Of a stretch of 64,000 nt of DNA, positions 37,927 through 51,032 are shown piece by piece. Below the pieces are notes generated by a model. The model saw only the letters and a list, made by a program, of their open reading frames with translations, made no database searches and was not told the DNA's origin. Location: contig OY762463.1 of NCBI GenBank assembly GCA_963665815.1, positions 2,816,001-2,880,000 of the forward strand. The letters are read 5' to 3'. A program made the translations under genes and the position numbers. The DNA comes from Candidatus Cloacimonadales bacterium. Its GTDB lineage: Bacteria; Cloacimonadota; Cloacimonadia; Cloacimonadales; JAIOQZ01. How positions within the stretch are numbered: position 1 is the stretch's first letter; the number at the start of each line of letters is the position of its first letter.

Positions 37927-38035
37927 TGAAATCAACTGTTTTTGCTTTGACCTGGTTGAATTAACCCTCAGTCTCCGATAGAAATCGGAGCCAGCTCCTT
38001 GAGGAAGGAGCACAGGTAGTAAAATTGCTGACTAT
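37921..38035 (+). ncRNA. Unassigned structured RNA candidate
   Basis: Nested stems ACCTG/CAGGT, CTCCGAT/ATCGGAG, GCTCC/GGAGC, TTTTGCT/AGTAAAA and possible pseudoknot CCTCA/TGAGG. Confidence 0.45.
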
Positions 38036-38166
38036 AGATTAAATGTTCATGTTTTCAAAACATATAAGTGATAAAAAGTTTTACATAAAAACTGCAAGTT
38101 TTGTTTTGACATAATTTTAAAGGTTAACTGTTTGGTTTAACATACTAAATACTACAAGGAAATACC

Positions 38167-40377
38167 ATGAAAGAACTGGAAATTACCAAGGACTTACTCA
38201 AAGAACATAGTATTAACGATGAAGAATATCAAAAAATATTAGATACACTGGGAAGAAAACCGACCCTGACGGAACTGGGAATTTTCTCTGTAATGTGGTC
38301 TGAACATGCCAGCTATAAAAACTCTATCAAATATCTGAAAACTTTACCAAAAGACGGTACAGCCGTTCTAACAAAAGCAGGTGAAGAAAACGCAGGTGTT
38401 GTTGATATTGGCGATAATCTGGCAGTATCATTCAAAATCGAATCTCACAATCACCCTTCTGCTCTGGAACCATACCATGGTGCTGCAACAGGTGTTGGCG
38501 GAATCCTCAGAGATATTTTCACTATGGGAGCAAGACCAATTGCTGCCTTGAATTCACTCAGATTCGGTGATCCGGATAATCCTCAGGTAAAACACCTTAT
38601 TCATGGTGTTGTTGATGGTATTGCAGATTACGGTAATTGTTTCGGTGTTCCAACTGTTGGTGGCGAAGTATACTTTGAAAAAAGCTATGAAGGAAATCCA
38701 CTTGTTAACGCTATGGCAGTTGGTGTATTAGAACACGATCATATTGCTAAGGCTGCTGCAGAAGGCGTTGGAAACTATGTTGTTTATGTCGGTGCAAAAA
38801 CAGGTAGAGACGGTATTCATGGTGCTACTTTCGCATCAGTAGAACTTACAGAAGAGTCCGAAGAAAACAGAACAGCTGTTCAGGTTGGTGATCCATTCAT
38901 GGAAAAACTTCTCCTTGAGGCAACTCTGGAAGTAATTCACGGTGGACTGGTTGTAGGTATCCAGGATATGGGTGCAGCAGGGCTAACCTGTTCCAGCAGT
39001 GAAATGGCAGGGAAAACAGATAATGGTATTACTCTTGATGTATCTCTTGTACCTCAGCGTGAAACAGGAATGACAGCTTACGAAATAATGCTCTCCGAAT
39101 CACAGGAAAGAATGCTCCTTGTTGTTGAACCTGAAAAATTCGATGCAGTGGAAGCTGTATTCGATAAATGGGATCTCCATGCTGTGAAAATCGGTGAAGT
39201 AACTGACGACGGTATGCTGAGAGTTCTGGAAAACGGAACACAGGTTGCAGAAATACCTGCTCCTGTACTTGTACTTGGTGGTGACGCTCCTGTTTATGAC
39301 AGAGAGTATACACGACCTGAATATCTTGATGAATGTCATGCATTTGACCAGAACACAACCGAACAGCCTGAAGACCTTAACGAAGTTATGAAAGCTATGA
39401 TCGGCTCAGCTAATATCGCTTCCAAGAAATCAGTATATGAACAATATGACCACATGGTTCAGATTGGTACGGTCGTGGAACCGGGCTCAGATGCTGCAGT
39501 TGTCAGAGTTAAAGGCACAAGAAAAGCTCTTTCGGTCTGTACAGATTGTAACGGAAGACACGTTTATCTTGATCCGTTTGAAGGAACAAAAGGTGCAGTT
39601 GCAGAATCAGCCCGTAACGTAGTATGTTCCGGTGCAAAGCCACTGGCTATTACTAACTGTCTGAACTTTGGTAATCCTTACAAACCAAAAGTATATTATA
39701 CATTCGTAAAGGCTATTGAAGGAATGGGAGCTGCCTGCCGTAAGTTCGATACACCCGTAACAGGCGGAAACGTTTCTTTCTATAACGAAAACCCAAGAGA
39801 TGCCATATATCCAACACCGACAATCGGTATGCTCGGTTATATGGATGATTATGATAAAAAAATCACTTCTGAGTTCAAGAAAATCGGCGATAAAATCGTT
39901 CTTCTCGGAAACAGATGTAACACAATTGGCGGATCAGAATACCTCAAAGAGATACACGACCTTATTACCGGTATGCCGCCTGCAGTTGATCTTGATCTGG
40001 AAAGCAGCCTTTATGACTGTCTTCTTGAGATGAACGACAATAAACTTGTAAAATCAGCTCATGACTGTTCTGACGGCGGTCTGGCAGTTACTCTGGCAGA
40101 AAGTTGTTTTACTCACGATAATCGTTGCCTTGGAGCAGATATTACATTAGATTATAAATACAGAAAAGATATTGAGTTATTCGGTGAAGCACATTCCAGA
40201 ATAGTTATTTCTGCTGATGAAGCTGACCTGAATAGAATCAGTGCTATTGCAGAAAAACACAATATTCCATGCGAAGTAATCGGAGTTGTTACAGAAGACA
40301 CACTCAAGATCAACGATGATATCTGTGTTAAGTCTGCTGAACTGAGAAAAATATTTGAAAGCAGAATAGTACTTTAA
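38167..40377 (+). CDS. purL: Phosphoribosylformylglycinamidine synthase subunit PurL (small type)
   Basis: [53 protein letters not shown]; no fused glutaminase domain. Confidence 0.97.
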   Translation: MKELEITKDLLKEHSINDEEYQKILDTLGRKPTLTELGIFSVMWSEHASYKNSIKYLKTLPKDGTAVLTKAGEENAGVVDIGDNLAVSFKIESHNHPSALEPYHGAATGVGGILRDIFTMGARPIAALNSLRFGDPDNPQVKHLIHGVVDGIADYGNCFGVPTVGGEVYFEKSYEGNPLVNAMAVGVLEHDHIAKAAAEGVGNYVVYVGAKTGRDGIHGATFASVELTEESEENRTAVQVGDPFMEKLLLEATLEVIHGGLVVGIQDMGAAGLTCSSSEMAGKTDNGITLDVSLVPQRETGMTAYEIMLSESQERMLLVVEPEKFDAVEAVFDKWDLHAVKIGEVTDDGMLRVLENGTQVAEIPAPVLVLGGDAPVYDREYTRPEYLDECHAFDQNTTEQPEDLNEVMKAMIGSANIASKKSVYEQYDHMVQIGTVVEPGSDAAVVRVKGTRKALSVCTDCNGRHVYLDPFEGTKGAVAESARNVVCSGAKPLAITNCLNFGNPYKPKVYYTFVKAIEGMGAACRKFDTPVTGGNVSFYNENPRDAIYPTPTIGMLGYMDDYDKKITSEFKKIGDKIVLLGNRCNTIGGSEYLKEIHDLITGMPPAVDLDLESSLYDCLLEMNDNKLVKSAHDCSDGGLAVTLAESCFTHDNRCLGADITLDYKYRKDIELFGEAHSRIVISADEADLNRISAIAEKHNIPCEVIGVVTEDTLKINDDICVKSAELRKIFESRIVL

Positions 40378-40471
40378 GAAATCTGGTAAAGACTGGTTGG
40401 TTCGAGTTCATTATTGTACTTAATCAAACGGTTTTTACAGATAAGCTTAGCACAAGCTTGTATAAATACAG

Positions 40472-40497
40472 AACCACCCGTAAGGGTGGTTTTGTTT
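40472..40497 (+). terminator. Rho-independent terminator of purL
   Basis: AACCACCC-GTAA-GGGTGGTT followed by TTGTTT. Confidence 0.8.
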
Positions 40498-40592
40498 GTA
40501 ATTACCTACAATTAAATATGTTGACATAGACTTACATTGAGTTTATATATGTCTATAAGTTTAAACTACTGTTAGATACGAAGGAAAAGCTT

Positions 40593-42107
40593 ATGAGAAG
40601 ACAATTTATGACTATTTTAATTACTTTTTGCACATTTTGTATCTCAGCACATTGGAATGAAGTGCAGAAATTAATAACATCAGATGGGGCTTTCGAAGAC
40701 TATGCAGGACATTCGGTTTCTATACATGGAGATTTTGCAATACTTGGTGCTCCGGAAGATGATGATGATGGAGATGAATCCGGTTCTGCGTATATATTTC
40801 ATTTCGATGGGACTAATTGGATTGAGCAGCAGAAGTTATTGGCATCTGATGGAGCTGTGGATAAATATTTTGGTACAGCCGTTTCGATATATGGTAACTT
40901 TGCTGTCGTGGGAGCAATTGGGGATATTGAGAATGGGTTTAACACCGGATCAGTATACATATATCATTATGATGGAACAAATTGGACAGAATATCAGAAG
41001 ATTTTGGCATCTGACGGAGTTGCCAGCGATAACTTTGGAGATGCTGTCTCAATAAACAATGACTACATCGTTGTTGGAGCTTATGGAGACGATAACAATG
41101 GTGCTTCTTCAGGTTCGATTTATATCTTTCATTATGATGGTTCAAGCTGGGTAGAGCAGCAGAGAATACTGGCAAATGATGGAGCTGCAAATGATGTGTT
41201 TGGCTGTTCTGTTTCTATTGATGGCAATTATATTGCAGTAGGTGCATCAGGGGATGAAAATACCTGGAGAAGATCCGGTTCGGTATATATCTATAACCAT
41301 GATGGTTCAAACTGGGTTTTTCAGCAAAAGATAACAGCCTCAGACGCTTTTCTTGATGATTTCTTCGGTGTTTCGGTCTCAATTTCGGGAAGCCGAGTAC
41401 TTGTTGGATCATACGGTGATGATGATAATGGTGTTAATTCAGGATCAGCATACTTTTACAAATTTAACGGAATAAGCTGGGTAGAGGAGCAGAAGATAAC
41501 AGCATCTGATGGAGACTCAACAGATCAGTTCGGTGATGCAGTTGCTCTTTATGGCGATAATGCTGTCATTGGTGCTCCTGAAGATGAAGAATATGGATAT
41601 TCCTCAGGTTCTGCATATGTTTTTCGTTTCAACGGTAATAATTGGATTGAGCAGCAAAAAATCAATCCCGCAGATGCATCCGGAAATGATGAATTCGGAT
41701 TTGCAATTTCGATTCATGAAAATAATGTGATTGCCGGAGCACACAAATGTGATGATCATGCAAGTCATTCCGGAGCAGCATACATATTCTATAATGATGG
41801 TGTTGCTATAGAGGGCGAAGAAATAGATGTTATTTCTGAAAACTTGAGTGTTTACCCCAATCCATTCAACCCGGAAACAAATATAGATTACTCTGTTAAA
41901 GAGCAAACCATTGTAAATGTTTCAGTATATAACTTGAAGGGACAGCGAGTGAAGACTTTGGTGGACAGATCCGTTTCTACGGGTGATCATAAAGTTGTCT
42001 GGCATGGGGATTCCGATTCTGGAACCTCTGTATCATCCGGTGTTTACTTTGTGAAGATGACTACAGGTAACCACATAGAAACACGTAAGATAGTGCTGAT
42101 GAAGTAA
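40593..42107 (+). CDS. Secreted FG-GAP repeat (beta-propeller) protein with FlgD-Ig/T9SS-A-like C-terminal domain
   Basis: Seven ~55-aa repeats QK..ASDG...D.FG.SV.I.G...VGA..DD....SGSAY; C-terminal YPNPFNPET...YNLKGQRVKTL...SGVYF. Confidence 0.9.
   Translation: MRRQFMTILITFCTFCISAHWNEVQKLITSDGAFEDYAGHSVSIHGDFAILGAPEDDDDGDESGSAYIFHFDGTNWIEQQKLLASDGAVDKYFGTAVSIYGNFAVVGAIGDIENGFNTGSVYIYHYDGTNWTEYQKILASDGVASDNFGDAVSINNDYIVVGAYGDDNNGASSGSIYIFHYDGSSWVEQQRILANDGAANDVFGCSVSIDGNYIAVGASGDENTWRRSGSVYIYNHDGSNWVFQQKITASDAFLDDFFGVSVSISGSRVLVGSYGDDDNGVNSGSAYFYKFNGISWVEEQKITASDGDSTDQFGDAVALYGDNAVIGAPEDEEYGYSSGSAYVFRFNGNNWIEQQKINPADASGNDEFGFAISIHENNVIAGAHKCDDHASHSGAAYIFYNDGVAIEGEEIDVISENLSVYPNPFNPETNIDYSVKEQTIVNVSVYNLKGQRVKTLVDRSVSTGDHKVVWHGDSDSGTSVSSGVYFVKMTTGNHIETRKIVLMK
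40665..41795 (+). repeat. Intragenic 165-bp tandem FG-GAP repeats
   Basis: Equivalent Ala codons at 40842, 41007, 41172, 41337, 41502 (165-bp period). Confidence 0.85.
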
Positions 42108-42271
42108 TGCAAGATTTTTCGAAATCTTCGGTATTTGCGTCGCAAGTTTTCCCGATTCTTCGGAACTCAACCAACTTAACCTATTGATATTTAATAACAT
42201 GATCGTTCCCTGAGTCCCGATAAAGTCGGGAAAGGGAATATGCTGTTAACAAAAGAAACGACAAAAATTAC

Positions 42272-42286
42272 GTTTTTACACAGTCT
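42272..42286. mobile_element. Possible orphan IS terminal repeat
   Basis: GTTTTTACACAGTCT resembles ends I recall for IS1182/IS5-type elements; no transposase or partner end seen. Confidence 0.3.
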
Positions 42287-42746
42287 GTCAGCATGACAGA
42301 AAAAAATTTTGAGAGACGTCTGTTTGGGTGTCACTTATGTGACAGAGAACAGTATCTGAATGCAAAGCCGGATTGTACGGTTCCACCTGACAGTGAGCCT
42401 ACCCCATATTCTGTACCAAGTCTAAGTTTAGTAAATTTGGGTTATTCTGTTAGATTTTGTTTTCATATTGATAAAAATATCTGAAATAATTCCAACATTT
42501 GATAGAGTAATATCAACATTAGTTATATCAGCCCAATAATTGAATCTATTGTATGTAATCAAGGTTGGAAGAAAACGGAACAATGATTAGTGTTCCCTAC
42601 AAGTGTCATAGTTTGCTACGTAAAAAAACATTTTCATTCAAATCTTCAATTTTCTCCTGACCAGACAAATCTTTTTCTTTACATTATAATTGCGAGAAAT
42701 AATCATTACGTAATAAATAAACTCTATACATTATAAGGAGATTTTC

Positions 42747-43718
42747 ATGGTAGTAGTTACAGGTGGTGCCGGATTCATTGGCAGTGCAGTTATAGAAAAG
42801 TTAAATTCAGAGGGAATAAATGATATAATAGTTGTAGATCATCTCGGTGAAGATGAAAAGTGGAAAAATCTGGTTAACCTGTCTTATGAAGACTATATGG
42901 ACAGAGACGAGTTTCTCGAGCTTGTATTCGATGGTGATCTCGGAAAAGAAATCAACTGTGTTATTCATATGGGAGCATGCTCCTCTACTACAGAGAAAGA
43001 CTCCAATTACTTAATGTATAACAATTACAAATATACAAGACATCTCATAGAATGGTCTCTTGAAAACAATATCCACTTTATCTATGCCAGTAGCGCAGCA
43101 ACTTATGGAAATGGAGAATTTGGTTTCAGAGATGACTATCTGACAACCGAACAGCTTCAGCCTCAGAATATGTATGGCTACTCAAAGCACATGCTGGATA
43201 AGTGGGCAATAAAGAATAACCTCATAGACGGGATTGTTGGACTTAAGTTTTTCAACGTGTTTGGTCCTAACGAATACCACAAAGGTTATATGCGTTCAGT
43301 AGTACATAAGGCATACGAACAGATTCTGGAGACTGGTGAGATGAAGCTTTTTAAATCTGATCATCCTGATTATGAGGATGGATGTCAGATGAGAGATTTC
43401 GTGTACGTTAAAGATGTGGCGAATGTTATCTGGTGGCTGTTCATTAATCGCGATGTGACAGGGTTGTTCAATCTTGGAACAGGTAAAGCAAGAACATGGC
43501 TTGATCTCGTTAAGGCTGTCTTCGATTCAATGCAGAAAAATGCAAACATAACATTTATTGATATGCCTGATAAACTCAAGGGTAAATATCAGTATTATAC
43601 TCAGGCGGATATGACTAAATTGCTCTCTGCCGGATATGATCTGCCATTCTTCTCTCTTGAGGATGCTGTGTTTGATTATATCAGAAACTATCTGATGACG
43701 ACAAATAAATATCTGTAG
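42747..43718 (+). CDS. hldD: ADP-L-glycero-D-manno-heptose 6-epimerase
   Basis: TGGAGFIGS, HMGACSSTTE, YASSAATYG, YGYSK, NVFGPNEYHKG.MRSV, YQYYTQAD. Confidence 0.95.
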   Translation: MVVVTGGAGFIGSAVIEKLNSEGINDIIVVDHLGEDEKWKNLVNLSYEDYMDRDEFLELVFDGDLGKEINCVIHMGACSSTTEKDSNYLMYNNYKYTRHLIEWSLENNIHFIYASSAATYGNGEFGFRDDYLTTEQLQPQNMYGYSKHMLDKWAIKNNLIDGIVGLKFFNVFGPNEYHKGYMRSVVHKAYEQILETGEMKLFKSDHPDYEDGCQMRDFVYVKDVANVIWWLFINRDVTGLFNLGTGKARTWLDLVKAVFDSMQKNANITFIDMPDKLKGKYQYYTQADMTKLLSAGYDLPFFSLEDAVFDYIRNYLMTTNKYL

Positions 43719-43722
43719 AACC

Positions 43723-44661
43723 ATGCTGACCTACGTTACTGAAGAAATGCCTGAGCTGTTCTGGCAGCTTGTCAGGGAAAAAGGCTGGACTGACCACTTC
43801 GTTACTGATGCGAAAGGGGTTGAGGACAAGGTCACTCATCTGATTGTCCGCACATATACTATAGTAGATGATGCTTTAATGTCACGCTTCAAAAACCTTG
43901 AGCATGTAATACGAGCCGGTACCGGGTACGATAACATCCATGTAATAACTGCTGCAGAAAGAGGGGTGGTTGTTAGTAATACACCTGCAGCAAACGGTAT
44001 TTCTGCGTATGAACAGACAATTGGATTTGTATACTCACTTATCAAGAATCACAGATTACACTATATTAGTATGAGAAGAGGAACATGGAGAAGTGATATT
44101 CCGTATAATATGGAGATGGCTGATCTGGAGGTTTTGGTGGTCGGTCTGGGATTCATTGGATCCCGTGTGGCAAAGACACTCAAGATGCTTGGTGCATCAG
44201 TAAAGGCAGTAGATCCATACTGTAGCAGTAAACAGTGGGAGGATGCCGGAGTTGAACAGGTTTCATATAAAGAGGGTGTGCAATGGACGAACATGATTAC
44301 CTATCATTGTCAGCTTACCAGTGAGACGGTCGGGTACTTCTCTGAAGAAACTCTGGAGTCTCTTGACCACAATATATGGCTAATTAATGTAGCTCGTGGT
44401 GGAATTGTAGATGAGAATGTATTACTTAATGGATTACTGAATGGGAAAATTATGGGTGCAGCGATAGATGTTTTCGAAAAAGAACCAGATGATGGAGGGA
44501 AGTTCAAAGATTTTTTGAATGTAATAATGACACCTCATACGGGGGCTTTTACAATTTCTGCAAGAGTGAGATTAAGTCATGAAACCCTCTCAGTATGGGC
44601 ATCTTCGGTATTTGATGGAAAAAAAAATCATAAAATTGATAAAAGTTTTTGCTTTTGTTAA
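43723..44661 (+). CDS. D-isomer-specific 2-hydroxyacid dehydrogenase (SerA-like, no ACT domain)
   Basis: RAGTGYDNI, VSNTP.AN, GLGFIG, INVARGG, DVFEKEP, TPHTGA. Confidence 0.88.
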   Translation: MLTYVTEEMPELFWQLVREKGWTDHFVTDAKGVEDKVTHLIVRTYTIVDDALMSRFKNLEHVIRAGTGYDNIHVITAAERGVVVSNTPAANGISAYEQTIGFVYSLIKNHRLHYISMRRGTWRSDIPYNMEMADLEVLVVGLGFIGSRVAKTLKMLGASVKAVDPYCSSKQWEDAGVEQVSYKEGVQWTNMITYHCQLTSETVGYFSEETLESLDHNIWLINVARGGIVDENVLLNGLLNGKIMGAAIDVFEKEPDDGGKFKDFLNVIMTPHTGAFTISARVRLSHETLSVWASSVFDGKKNHKIDKSFCFC

Positions 44662-44739
44662 GGTCTGCCTTATAATATCTTAACCTGTTTTTTTAGAAGC
44701 CTGAATCTGAGAATAACAAATAAAGTCTGATTTTATTTC

Positions 44740-44972
44740 TTGACACAGAATACTCGTTATTGGAGTTTGCCTCTCGTTGCTTGTGCAACACATAGAGTGA
44801 AGAGCTTTTCGGAGCGAGTGAAAAATTGGAAAAGAAAACAGTTAACGTAGTAGAGATTTGGAAGTAGAGAATAGTGCTCCTTGAAAATAATTTAAAAAAG
44901 TTCTTGACAACGAGACATCGATTTTAGATGTTGGCAAAACCTTGCTTCGGTGGGGTAAGTGATCTTTGAAAG
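44740..44972 (+). promoter_or_regulatory. rRNA operon tandem promoters and boxA-like antitermination sites
   Basis: TTGACA 44740 with GAGTTT 17 nt later; second TTGACA 44904; boxA-like TGCTCCTTGAAA (~44875) and TGATCTTTGAAA (~44960). Confidence 0.6.
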
Positions 44973-45053
44973 AGTAAATCGAAAAGATAAAGTGAATAGA
45001 AGTGGAATGAGAGAGAATCATGGAAACATGAAGGAAGAGTCATACAAATTTTC

Positions 45054-46611
<1,558 letters not shown>

Positions 46612-46789
46612 ACGAATATTTCTAAAATTCAAAATTATATAATTATCTTCCTATCTCTCATTCCATTTCTATTCATCGTAATAGGGATAAATTGATCATT
46701 AAAAAAGTTTTAAATAGAAGTGAGATAGAGTGAAAGAGCGAAAAAGAGATAGCGATAAACAAAGCTAAAGAATTTTCACATTATAAAAG

Positions 46790-49700
<2,911 letters not shown>

Positions 49701-49744
49701 TATTTTATTCACTCTATCTCATACATTTTAGTCAGGCTATTAAT

Positions 49745-49858
49745 GTGGTGGTTTTGGCGGTGAGGTCACACCTGTACCCATCCCGAACACAGAAGTTAAG
49801 CTCACCTGCGCCGATGGTACTGCTTGGGAAACTGAGTGGGAGAGTAGGTCGCCGCCAC
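49745..49858 (+). rRNA. rrf: 5S ribosomal RNA
   Basis: CCCATCCCGAACAC, GCCGATGGTAC, GAGAGTAGG; terminal stem GTGGTGG/CCGCCAC. Confidence 0.97.
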
Positions 49859-49896
49859 TTTAATAGCCTGTCTTTTTTTTATCACTTATTTAACAC

Positions 49897-49920
49897 AAAC
49901 GACCACAAAATGGTCGTTTT
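49897..49920 (+). terminator. rRNA operon terminator
   Basis: AAACGACCA/TGGTCGTTT stem with T run. Confidence 0.7.
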
Positions 49921-50054
49921 CGTCGTTTATGGGAGTTAAAAATTTAGTAGAATTGAGCCTTCCCCATATTTTGTAACAAGTCTTAATTATAGTAAATTTG
50001 AGTTATTAACACAATTTTTAACAAAATTCACATAGGCAGTATTAATAGTAAGGA

Positions 50055-50149
50055 AAGATCTTTTCTTAGCTGGAGTAGTTGACTCTATTTATAAATTATT
50101 CAAAATATTTTCACCAGAATGCTCAATTCTGTTGTTATGCAAAGCTCTT
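50055..50149. mobile_element. MITE-like element, copy 2 (95 bp, degenerate)
   Basis: Left AAGATCTTTTCTTAG, right GTTATGCAAAGCTCTT; shares CTGGAGTAGTTGACTC and TTCACCAGA with the reverse complement of copy 1. Confidence 0.55.
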
Positions 50150-50161
50150 AAGGATTGACTA

Positions 50162-50974
50162 ATGATATGGTTAATATTAAGCATTGTTGCCTCTGTTATA
50201 ATTGGTAACCTTCTCAAGTTTTATTCAGGTAAGAAGATAGAAATTTATAATGTATTTCTTGGTAATTATCTTCTTGCATCTGTATTTAGTCTTGGAATAA
50301 ACAAATTTCAGATTCCGCAGTATAATCATTCAGATTTTGCATTATCCATTTTTACCGGCTTTCTGTTAATAATTTGTTTTATCATTTACAGAAAGAATAT
50401 ACATGTTAATGGTCTGTCGGTAAGTGTCGGTTTCATGAGATCTGCGTTAATTGTTCCTATTATCCTGTCTCTCTTGATATTCTCAGAAACGCTTACTATA
50501 CCGATAACAATTGGAATAGGCTTGATTCTTTTCTCATTTGCAGCATTGTCTAATAAGAAAGAAGTTCACAATATTATCTATTTATTTTTACTGTTTTTCT
50601 TCTCAGGTTTAACCGATTTCACATTCAAGATATTCAGTAGAACAGGAACAATAAACGAAAGCAGTTTTCTGTTTTATTCATTTTTTACTGCTTTTATCAT
50701 TAATATCATTTTTATAAGATACAGAAAGTTGAAGTTTTCTTTTAAAAGTTTGCTCTGGGGTATATTACTTGGTTTTCCAAATCAGTTAACAGCTATGTTC
50801 TTCATAAAATCCCTTGATACTGTGTCTACTGGAGTTGCATACCCAATGCTTGGAGGAAGTGTCGTTCTGCTCAGCGTTATAACCGACATAATTGTTTGGA
50901 GAACAAAAATAAAGAGAAAATCTCTATTGATTTATGCTTTTTTACTATCCGGTGTAATTCTTATTAATTTTTAG
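50162..50974 (+). CDS. EamA/DMT-superfamily transporter
   Basis: About 10 TM segments in two repeats, NY and LGFPN motifs. Confidence 0.75.
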   Translation: MIWLILSIVASVIIGNLLKFYSGKKIEIYNVFLGNYLLASVFSLGINKFQIPQYNHSDFALSIFTGFLLIICFIIYRKNIHVNGLSVSVGFMRSALIVPIILSLLIFSETLTIPITIGIGLILFSFAALSNKKEVHNIIYLFLLFFFSGLTDFTFKIFSRTGTINESSFLFYSFFTAFIINIIFIRYRKLKFSFKSLLWGILLGFPNQLTAMFFIKSLDTVSTGVAYPMLGGSVVLLSVITDIIVWRTKIKRKSLLIYAFLLSGVILINF

Positions 50975-50981
50975 AAAAAAG

Positions 50982-51011
50982 AAAAGCCCATCATAAATGA
51001 AATGGGCTTTT
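50982..51011. terminator. Bidirectional terminator between convergent DMT and MCP genes
   Basis: AAAAGCCCAT/ATGGGCTTTT stem flanked by A and T runs. Confidence 0.75.
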
Positions 51012-51032
51012 ACCTTTGAGAGCTGAGTTAAC

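Noticed and set aside
37960-38020. SRP RNA or hammerhead assignment for the element before purL
   Set aside because: Lacks the CAGG-NCC-GNRA-GG-AGCA domain IV arrangement and the CUGANGA/GAAA core in proper context
50055-50161. Integron attC interpretation of GTTATGC before the DMT gene and ACATAAC after the AraC gene
   Set aside because: No integrase or cassette array; the motifs are better explained as parts of the MITE-like terminal repeats
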